Virus record (IMG/VR): IMGVR_UViG_3300034409_000017
Location: 1,137-65,136 of that record
Length of the DNA: 64,000 nucleotides
Source of the DNA: a virus
Direction: 5' to 3' (one strand)
The notes under the pieces were generated by a model that did not search any database, was not told the origin of the DNA, and worked only from the letters and a program-made list of their open reading frames with translations. Of the stretch, positions 56,296 to 64,000 are shown piece after piece. The first letter of the stretch is position 1, and each line of letters starts with the position of its first letter. Position numbers and translations under genes: made by a program.

Positions 56296-57462
56296 TTAAT
56301 TCTGTGAAGTTAAGTACTTATCTTTAAGCCGAGAAACGCTGATTGGATTTCCAGAATGATCCACCATATCACTAAAACTTAATTTTCCACTACTCCACAA
56401 CTTCCATTTGCTGGGTCCAAGTACCTCCTTTTGGAAACTTTCCGGTCTATTAAGTAACCAAGCCTCATAAGTTAGGGTTCCAGCCACCTGCCCATCTATA
56501 GAAGATTGAGTAGATTCGGAAACATTTCTTCTTAATTGAGCCCTTTTTCTCTCTGAAATCCTACCCGCAAGTGCTTCAAATTCGTAAAGAATGGGAATCA
56601 ACGTAGACCTACAGTTCCAATGCCACGGTGGGGATCCTGGAAATCTCTCTGTGGTGGAACCAAGCGGAGTACCATCTAATGACCAGCTGTTTCCAGACCT
56701 GCTCATGCAAATCTGGCTGGTTCGACCATCTAAAGTAACCAGAGCTTGTACTCCTTTTATAACGTCTGAATTATCCTGATACAGTGCGAGTCTTGCGGAC
56801 TGCGCCACGTTCTGAATCGAAGTTCGAACTAAGGCTCTTGCATCCCTATTCACTACATCTAATAAGCCACCTCTAAAAACAGAATGGAATCGCTGTTCTC
56901 CGGATGCCGTTTTATAACCGTAACGCCTTCCAGTGTATTCGCCTCTAACTCTTCTAACTATTTGATGTATAGACTCGCCCTGAGCCATGCCGAGGCGAAC
57001 TTGATCCTTAAACCTATTAAGGACCTTAATCTTCTGTCTACTCCACCATTCACTGCTGGGTGCTCCATCTATCAAGGAATTGGATGCAATAGAAGCCAGC
57101 AACTCCTTACTCAATCCAGAATTGATTAAATTGTAACCAATCGCAACGTTTACTATCTGCGAAGAAGCTGAAGCTGAAATAGCGGAAAGTTCTAAAAGAT
57201 GCCCATCAAGATGCCGCTTCATACCGGTGTAAGATTGCCCCAAACTCTGCTGCACCTCTTTTAGCAATCTCCTTAACCTCTCTTCGCGGTAGCTCGACCG
57301 TATAGGCTCGACCGGATTAAAATCAATTAAAGAGCTTATAAGGTCACGCTCCAACTCCAAAAGAAACGCTCTAATCTCATTTTCTACTGAAGCCGAATAT
57401 CTACTAAGGTCTACAGCATAAGAAACAAAAGGGTCAGCGATTCTATCACTAAAGTTGGTCAT
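56296..57462 (-). CDS. Minor head morphogenesis protein (Mu gpF/SPP1 gp7-like)
   Basis: LVRT, TLDGRTS.IC, PP.H.NCRS, TY..WL..Q..VLG. Confidence 0.9.
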   Translation of the reverse strand: MTNFSDRIADPFVSYAVDLSRYSASVENEIRAFLLELERDLISSLIDFNPVEPIRSSYREERLRRLLKEVQQSLGQSYTGMKRHLDGHLLELSAISASASSQIVNVAIGYNLINSGLSKELLASIASNSLIDGAPSSEWWSRQKIKVLNRFKDQVRLGMAQGESIHQIVRRVRGEYTGRRYGYKTASGEQRFHSVFRGGLLDVVNRDARALVRTSIQNVAQSARLALYQDNSDVIKGVQALVTLDGRTSQICMSRSGNSWSLDGTPLGSTTERFPGSPPWHWNCRSTLIPILYEFEALAGRISERKRAQLRRNVSESTQSSIDGQVAGTLTYEAWLLNRPESFQKEVLGPSKWKLWSSGKLSFSDMVDHSGNPISVSRLKDKYLTSQN

Positions 57463-58871
57463 TCTTCCTCTTGAGTGCCCCGATCTGAATTGATACCATA
57501 CTCAAAGTCTAAACCAAAGTCTGTATTTTGCGCCTTTATCTTAGTTTTTTCCTCTTCTGCATCAACTCCATCTGGAATCATACCAGCGGCTTTAAGGTTG
57601 TAGAACCACGTATCCCATGAAATAAGGCTCGCCTGAAGAGCTGAAATCATTGCATTGATCATCTTAGGATCAGCATCAAGAGTTATAAAGTCTTTATGAA
57701 TTTCAACGGAATACTTATCCATTTGCTCACCAGCCCAATCCGCTGCGAACTGTGCAGCCTTAGTTACTCCTTCTGAAACGGAATCCGCAATATTCGCCAG
57801 GATACTGCTTTCCCCCTGCTTTCGGTTTCTCTGGTTATCCGCTGATTCGGAAGCCTTCTTAGGGGCTTCCAACAAACGAGCTCCAAGTACAATCATTTGA
57901 TCCTGCTTCTCTTTTAGAGCATTTTCCAAACTCATGAGCCCCTGACCAGTAAACTCAAGAAATCCAGCCCTTGCAGCTGGATTGTTACTAACCCACGCCG
58001 ATTGGGAGCCAATGCTCAACTTGCCTTCCGAAGCAACCGCAAAGCCAGCCACCCACGGGGTAGGTAACCCAGTTAAATGCCTACCGTGCTCAAGGTCGGC
58101 ACTGTTGAGGTAATGAGAAATATTAGTATTTACCAGACCTAAGAGTGGTGGTCTTCCTGGAGATGGTTGGGTACCATTAACGTTGATAAAATAAAAAGGA
58201 ATAGCTTGTAATTCCCTCCCCTTGTTTTTTGGAAATAGTGGATAATTAGGATGCAAAACAAAGGACTCACTGTTTTTATCCTGCTTTAAGTACAGCTCCT
58301 GCTTGTACTTTCCTTCCTCGTCAATAGAAAGCACGCGATACCGCTCTTTTACCGTGGTTGTGAAGTCTTCATATTCTTCCGATTCTTCCCTTAAAACAAC
58401 AAAGCTTACCACGCTTTTTCCTTCTTTATTATAAGCTACCCGCCAATTCAGAATATCCTCAGCCTTATACTGAACTATGTATGGCTTCCCCGATTCGTCA
58501 ACATCCACTAAAATGCCTGCTCTTCCAACCGTTACTACCTCTTCCGCAAGATTCTTTAAAAACGTTTTTATGGGAGTAAAAGAAGGAGTTATACTAAGAA
58601 AAAACTCACTTCCATCCGGTTTATTAAGAGTTGGTTCCTTGGCAAACATGAGACCAATCAGCCCGCTTATTGTTCTCGTGGTGCCCTCAAAAAATAAAGC
58701 CCTTTTTTTGTAGGCGGTGTATTCCTCTGGTGCTTGGTCTACCAGAGAAGGGAGATAAGCCTCTCCAGCGGCTTTTATAGCTTCGGACCCCTCAGCTACC
58801 GTTCGACATTTAAGCCACGACCGTTCGTATTTATCGTATTCTCTGTGTTTCGTATCTACTTTTAACGCCAT
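57459..58871 (-). CDS. Portal protein (DUF4055-type)
   Basis: YLP, Y..RA.F, PPLL.L...NISHY.NSAD, LGARL. Confidence 0.9.
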   Translation of the reverse strand: MALKVDTKHREYDKYERSWLKCRTVAEGSEAIKAAGEAYLPSLVDQAPEEYTAYKKRALFFEGTTRTISGLIGLMFAKEPTLNKPDGSEFFLSITPSFTPIKTFLKNLAEEVVTVGRAGILVDVDESGKPYIVQYKAEDILNWRVAYNKEGKSVVSFVVLREESEEYEDFTTTVKERYRVLSIDEEGKYKQELYLKQDKNSESFVLHPNYPLFPKNKGRELQAIPFYFINVNGTQPSPGRPPLLGLVNTNISHYLNSADLEHGRHLTGLPTPWVAGFAVASEGKLSIGSQSAWVSNNPAARAGFLEFTGQGLMSLENALKEKQDQMIVLGARLLEAPKKASESADNQRNRKQGESSILANIADSVSEGVTKAAQFAADWAGEQMDKYSVEIHKDFITLDADPKMINAMISALQASLISWDTWFYNLKAAGMIPDGVDAEEEKTKIKAQNTDFGLDFEYGINSDRGTQEEE

Positions 58872-58898
58872 AACGACTCCTCATTATTAAATAAAATT

Positions 58899-60356
58899 TT
58901 AAATTCCAGCCAAGGTTACAACGTCCATAGAATAGGTTTCCCACCTTGCCATATAACCAACTTCATCAGGAAGATGATCCTCTCCCTTGGTATCAATATC
59001 GTCCAAATTCTTTGGGTCTCTTTGCTGACTTGGAATCAAACGTATAAACTGCAAACAATCCTCAGTTACGAACATGCCCCTATCTTCCATTGGGTAGGTC
59101 TTGGAATTGTTTAAAAGCCCTCGTATTTCTTGCCAAGCATGAATCCTTGAACCAGGACCCTTGTTTGCCATCTCCCAAGCTACTCCCATCTGCTCATGTT
59201 TATCCGCGATGCTTTGACCGTCCTGGCTTGTAAATATTGCCGAATCAGCGGGTCCAGCATGCACCCGCCTAACTCCATATTTTCCTTTAACAATTTCTTC
59301 ATTCTCAAGTAACTGCTCAACAAACTCGGATTCTAATAACCGCAGACCCGTGTTGACCGTACCATTCCAGCCGTACCATTCACCTATTCGAATCAAGGTG
59401 CCAGCTTTAAAGGTTCTATAGTCTTCTCCAATCCTTACGTACCCACCATCAGAAATAGCCCACCATCCAACGCTAAACGGTTTGCTTGATCCCCAATCGA
59501 ATGAGCGGTACACCCTCCAATTTTCTGGAACCCTGAATGATGGTAAAACATGCTTTGAAGCATCCCACACATCGTCGAACATCCCACCTGCTACAATGTT
59601 CCAATCTCCGTGAAGCCAAGCCTTCAACAGCCATTCTTGGCCGCCAGCCGATTGTACTATATTAGTAATACAAGCGGGATCATTTTGCATCAGTATCCTA
59701 TTATCGGTTACTTTTGCAGGTATGAAGATGCGGTACCACTCTAAAGTAATCTTTTCACCATCCAAAGTGATCTCTTTGGTCATTTTATGCGGTACTTCAG
59801 GTGGTGCTGGATCAACATACTGTGATTTAAGCCAGTTGTGTCCAGGTCCCCCAGGATTGGCGGTCATCAAAAAGAATTTTGGAAGAGCTTTGGCAGACCG
59901 CAAACAAGCCCGCAGCTTATCAATAGGCACAGGGTTTGGAAAATTACCAGCCTCCTCTATGCATATCCAGGTATATTCATGCCCTTGATAACGATCCGCA
60001 TCCTTATCCTTTTCAAGAAATCGAAATCTAAGAATAGCACCATTGCTATCAAAAGTCATGGTCTTCTTAGAATCATTCCAAACCGCAACATGCTGAAAGA
60101 GCGATTTCGCTTTTCCTATGATATCCTCTAATTCAGGATACGTTCTCCTAAAAATGATGCCACGTACATGCTTTCCATATTCCTGCTGAATCTCATTATA
60201 AAAATGAATCAAAATTCCGTGAGATTTGCCGCCGCCACGTGCCCCACCATAAAGGATATCATTTACCTGCAGGGGTAAAGCAAATAACCTTCTCTGGGGA
60301 CCAGGCTGTGGTTCAAACTTTACTACTTCATCTTGCTTTACTGCAACCTCGCCCAT
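58899..60356 (-). CDS. terL: Terminase large subunit
   Basis: YGGARGGGKS, FRRTYPEL, IEEA, TANPGGPGH.W, FDWG, EDH..DE. Confidence 0.95.
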   Translation of the reverse strand: MGEVAVKQDEVVKFEPQPGPQRRLFALPLQVNDILYGGARGGGKSHGILIHFYNEIQQEYGKHVRGIIFRRTYPELEDIIGKAKSLFQHVAVWNDSKKTMTFDSNGAILRFRFLEKDKDADRYQGHEYTWICIEEAGNFPNPVPIDKLRACLRSAKALPKFFLMTANPGGPGHNWLKSQYVDPAPPEVPHKMTKEITLDGEKITLEWYRIFIPAKVTDNRILMQNDPACITNIVQSAGGQEWLLKAWLHGDWNIVAGGMFDDVWDASKHVLPSFRVPENWRVYRSFDWGSSKPFSVGWWAISDGGYVRIGEDYRTFKAGTLIRIGEWYGWNGTVNTGLRLLESEFVEQLLENEEIVKGKYGVRRVHAGPADSAIFTSQDGQSIADKHEQMGVAWEMANKGPGSRIHAWQEIRGLLNNSKTYPMEDRGMFVTEDCLQFIRLIPSQQRDPKNLDDIDTKGEDHLPDEVGYMARWETYSMDVVTLAGI

Positions 60357-63223
60357 TACTGCTCCACTGAAGCATTGATAACGGCATCCCGCGCTGCATC
60401 TATATCGGTTTTGATTTGGTTGCGACTGCCACCATCAATAGCCACACTCTCACCATCAATGGTTGCGCTCACTTTATTATCAGCAAAGTCAAATTGATTT
60501 ACTATGTTTCGTATAGCCACAACGTTTTCAGGCATCGATCCAAGGTCTACCGAATCCGCCTTGAAATCTCCAACGTCAGTGACTTCCGTCCCTTTTACCT
60601 TGGTTATATTGGCAGATTTTTCTGCTGAAATGTTTTCATCAATCCTGGATAGTTCTGTATCTAATTCAGTGCGCACGGCTGCCGCATTTTGAGAAGCCGT
60701 AGGGGCTGTTTGTGTTGATGTGAGCCAATCGCCTTGGTTGTTTTGCAACTCATTGGTATCGTCTAATACCTGAGAAAGCGTTCCACCATCTCTTTCAATA
60801 GCTTGCAAAGAATCCTCTGTGAATTTCTTATTTTCCCCGTCCGCTTCTACAAGGTTACTATCTTGCATAGCTTGGATAACTTGATCCCCCATTCTCCCAT
60901 AGTCCACCAAAGGGTTAGAGAGGTTGCTTTCTACTTTAAATTTTGATACCGTATCCCTTGGGAAGTACTCGTAGAAAGGCACCGCACTCAAGTCAATGAA
61001 AGCAAAAGTGGTTACTAACCTGGCTCCACTTGGTAATACCTGCACAATGCGCATCAATGGCTTTATTCCACTAAGAGTAGTTTCGTAAACGTTATTACCG
61101 TTTACATTATTGATGGCAAGAAGAGTTAGTGCCATCTCAGACTCCATAAACAAATCTGTAAAGTCTCTCCACTCTTGAGCTGTAACGTCTTCTGCCGAGT
61201 CGAGTAGTTGCACTCTTAAAGTGTCAGTTCCATTCACATCTACAATTGACCCGAGTGCAGGCACTCTAAATTCATTGAAATCCGCCGAGGGGTCGATAAA
61301 CGGGCTGGCTGTTAGAGTAACCACCAACTCTTGATTAGAGCTGGTTATGGGAACATTGTAAACACGGGGATAAAACCCTCGCTTGCTCGCCATCAACCTC
61401 AAGTTACTTACTCCTGAAGTGGGAATTTCGTGAGAGGTGGCATCTTCATAATCTTTGATTTGATTACCCTCAGTAACATCTGATGAATCCCAAGCAATAA
61501 GTTTTATGCTTTCGCCGCCTGCATCAGTAACGGTTAAAGCCGATAAAATACTTATTGAGCCACTCGTAGCGGTTAGAGTTGTTGGTTCTGTTGAGGTTCC
61601 GGTAAGGCGTATTTGCAAATCGTTGCCCGTTCTATTTTCAATTTCGGTTATGGCACAATTATTAAAGGAAATGGTACCAGTGAATCCAGAAACCAGCACA
61701 ACCTTGCTGTACGTACCCCCTGTTATCGAAGCATCATTAGACAGCCGCACTTCACCTGTGGTGGTTGCACTGCCCTCAAAAGCCACTCCATCGATACTAA
61801 GGTTGTAATCCCCCAGTCTGAAGGCTGTATCGGTCAATTCGAACACATCACTAACAAATATATTTGCCTCTAACAACAAATTACCCTGAACATAATCGTA
61901 CACTTCGGATCTCGTGCGCTGCTCTGTAAGGCTTATTGTTTTGGTTGCGTGGGTAATTGATATTCCGGTCAAAGCAGCAGCTTGTGCCTTTGTTAGCGTT
62001 GTGGGAAGCGAAGACATCTTTATCTTGTCTTCGGATCTATCGTCATCTGCAGTTGGCACTAAATCAATATCCAAAGTCTGCTTTGCGTATCCGTAGGATC
62101 CAACAGTAAAGGATTGCGTCTCAGCTCCAGCTGTGGTACCTCCTACGAACTTAGTATAGTTTCGCGTTAAATTGTTAGCCCTGGTGGCTCCCATCATAAC
62201 TAAAAACTCTGCCTCATTCGCAGCACTAACGTATTGAGTTCCAGACGAATGCCCTGCAATGTCTGCAGTCATTCCTTTTGCCCTATACCCAGTTGGGTAT
62301 GCTGCTGTATAGCTATGCGCCGCAACCACCTCAGGTATGGCAGCATTGTCCGAATCTTCCAACTTAATCGTTATAGTGTTAGCAAACTCAATAACTCCGG
62401 TGCCTGATGAGAATCTGGTATCCATATCCATCCCAACCGAACAGTTAGTGATTCGAGAATAGGCTCCTCCAAACAAAACTACCTCCGCACCTGGATAAAA
62501 GGATCCAACGACGTATTTTGGGTCATAATTAGGTAAATCCACTCTTTGAGCGATTGATAATGAGGAGGCGTTAATTTCAGGTCCGTCAACATCAACCGGA
62601 GTCAGCCCTGCTAAACTTTTTTGATTTGCTGCGATGTTAACCCACAGATTGCTATAGGTAACCTTCGCTTGTAAGTTGATCGTGGTAACATTAGATCCAT
62701 CCATCCGGAATCGATCCTTAGCATTTCCTGCAAGGATTGGATTCGACATTATGTAAACCGCTTCACCCTCCGTCCGCAACTCATTGTTTGGGTTTCCGGT
62801 AGCATCGTAAATAACGCGCCAGTCACCTCCTGGAGAATGAATAAATGCCTTGCAATCCTTAAAGGTAACCTTAGCAGGGTTATTTGGATCGTTAGCTAAA
62901 AATCGTATTAGACCATTATTGTTGCTTGTGATTATCTTCAGCAACTCTGGAAATGAGGATACGTTTTGCCCGTTAACAGTGGCATTCCCGTCGAATATCA
63001 AATCCGCCCCATTCTGAAGAAGAATTCTTCCTCCAGTGCTGGTTAGATTCGACGTAGCTGGTACGGTAAACTTACCTGTAATCGATAAATCGTTAGTGCC
63101 AAAATCAGCATTCTTAATACCATCATCACCAGTAGTAACAGTAAACCCATTACCGCTCGAAGATGGGACGTCGGTATCAGTATTCGATTGACCGATGGTT
63201 GTTCCTGAAAGTAAAAAGGGCAT
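60356..63223 (-). CDS. Large putative virion accessory protein
   Basis: 955 aa, T/S/G/N-rich beta-type composition; coupled to terL. Confidence 0.65.
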   Translation of the reverse strand: MPFLLSGTTIGQSNTDTDVPSSSGNGFTVTTGDDGIKNADFGTNDLSITGKFTVPATSNLTSTGGRILLQNGADLIFDGNATVNGQNVSSFPELLKIITSNNNGLIRFLANDPNNPAKVTFKDCKAFIHSPGGDWRVIYDATGNPNNELRTEGEAVYIMSNPILAGNAKDRFRMDGSNVTTINLQAKVTYSNLWVNIAANQKSLAGLTPVDVDGPEINASSLSIAQRVDLPNYDPKYVVGSFYPGAEVVLFGGAYSRITNCSVGMDMDTRFSSGTGVIEFANTITIKLEDSDNAAIPEVVAAHSYTAAYPTGYRAKGMTADIAGHSSGTQYVSAANEAEFLVMMGATRANNLTRNYTKFVGGTTAGAETQSFTVGSYGYAKQTLDIDLVPTADDDRSEDKIKMSSLPTTLTKAQAAALTGISITHATKTISLTEQRTRSEVYDYVQGNLLLEANIFVSDVFELTDTAFRLGDYNLSIDGVAFEGSATTTGEVRLSNDASITGGTYSKVVLVSGFTGTISFNNCAITEIENRTGNDLQIRLTGTSTEPTTLTATSGSISILSALTVTDAGGESIKLIAWDSSDVTEGNQIKDYEDATSHEIPTSGVSNLRLMASKRGFYPRVYNVPITSSNQELVVTLTASPFIDPSADFNEFRVPALGSIVDVNGTDTLRVQLLDSAEDVTAQEWRDFTDLFMESEMALTLLAINNVNGNNVYETTLSGIKPLMRIVQVLPSGARLVTTFAFIDLSAVPFYEYFPRDTVSKFKVESNLSNPLVDYGRMGDQVIQAMQDSNLVEADGENKKFTEDSLQAIERDGGTLSQVLDDTNELQNNQGDWLTSTQTAPTASQNAAAVRTELDTELSRIDENISAEKSANITKVKGTEVTDVGDFKADSVDLGSMPENVVAIRNIVNQFDFADNKVSATIDGESVAIDGGSRNQIKTDIDAARDAVINASVEQ

Positions 63224-63226
63224 ATT

Positions 63227-63643
63227 CTACGTGTATGTTAACGGGTTTGCTGTATCTTCTCTTCGTGCCCATGCCTGAGTAGCTGTGACAGAATCATGTT
63301 GCGAGGAAGTGGATTTAGCGGATTGGCCATTTTGCAAATTCACCACCCACCATTGATCGCTATTATCCTCAACCAATAAAAAAGGGAAATCATACTGCGT
63401 TCTCTTTTGGATAGCGTTGGTTACCTGCTCTAAATCGGAAATCCTGGAAAGTACATCGTCTGGAACTCCAGAACCAGAACCCCCACTACCAGCGGCCAAA
63501 GAGTACCAATCGGAATGAGGTGGCGCATTATCCGTAGACACTTTTGCAATGTAATAAGCCCCCTGAAACTCCACAATGTCTCCTTTCTGGGTACCACCAC
63601 TCTGGTACGCGGAAACATCTCTACTGGAACCAATAACTAACAT
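63227..63643 (-). CDS. Small protein with carbohydrate-binding-module-like motif
   Basis: Y..GDIV.FQG.YYIAK....PP.SDW. Confidence 0.6.
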   Translation of the reverse strand: MLVIGSSRDVSAYQSGGTQKGDIVEFQGAYYIAKVSTDNAPPHSDWYSLAAGSGGSGSGVPDDVLSRISDLEQVTNAIQKRTQYDFPFLLVEDNSDQWWVVNLQNGQSAKSTSSQHDSVTATQAWARREDTANPLTYT

Positions 63644-63644
63644 T

Positions 63645-63962
63645 TTATATCCTACTCACTATTGCCCTTGAAGACCTACCCGAGAGCTGCCGAGGCAAAC
63701 GCGCAAACACTTCTTTGGTAAATTGAATGCTAATAGGGGAGGTGCTAATAGTGTGATACACGGATTCTCCAGCAAATCGAATTTCTATGGCTGGTCCCTC
63801 AAAGGTTATAAAACACGGAGCATTTCCCAAGGAAATTTCAACCGCTGGATCTTTATCTAACCGATATATCATTCTTTTTCTCCTCTCGTGTTTTTCTAAG
63901 TATCCACCCAAAAGCTCTAACTGCTGCATACATAATGGAACGGCGCCACTTTGGAATGCCAA
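63645..63962 (-). CDS. Hypothetical protein
   Basis: ORF abutting next gene; true start uncertain (possibly MIYRLD). Confidence 0.45.
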   Translation of the reverse strand: MAFQSGAVPLCMQQLELLGGYLEKHERRKRMIYRLDKDPAVEISLGNAPCFITFEGPAIEIRFAGESVYHTISTSPISIQFTKEVFARLPRQLSGRSSRAIVSRI

Positions 63963-64000
63963 GCATCTTTAGAGCATTTAAAAACATCAAATCGCAATAA

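Noticed and set aside
5460..63972. Numerous short + strand ORFs opposite the minus-strand genes
   Set aside because: Antisense shadows of well-supported genes with no motifs or RBS
1..64000. tRNA genes, integrase/repressor, alternative genetic code
   Set aside because: No cloverleaf or recombinase motifs noticed by eye; genes are intact and tightly packed under the standard code

Overview
This is a 64 kb segment of an AT-rich dsDNA tailed phage with a siphovirus-type tail. An i-spanin/o-spanin pair points to a Gram-negative host. It has two convergent arms. The + arm (1-5.5 kb) is an array of small genes, most preceded by a near-identical ~90-bp sigma70 promoter/hairpin/RBS leader, and includes at least four paralogues of an unrecognised 29-aa tandem-repeat protein with a fixed scaffold and hypervariable positions. 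The - arm (5.5-64 kb), read right to left, holds: putative virion accessory genes, TerL, portal, head and neck genes, tail genes (with a -1 frameshifted chaperone), a lysis cassette, a sigma-like gene, and a large replication/recombination region. That region encodes a UDG-fold-fused PolA, a clamp-like protein, a DnaX-like loader, DnaB-like and SNF2 helicases, primase, RecA, SSB, UvsY-like, SbcCD-like and ligase. A 7-deazaguanine DNA-modification pathway (folE, queD, queE, queC, a stand-alone glutamine amidotransferase, dpdA, a PRTase) and two DNA methyltransferases are scattered through it. A probable internally deleted thyX scar and a candidate origin are also visible. I saw no tRNA, CRISPR array, integrase or reverse transcriptase. 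All protein calls are by-eye motif recognition, not database searches.
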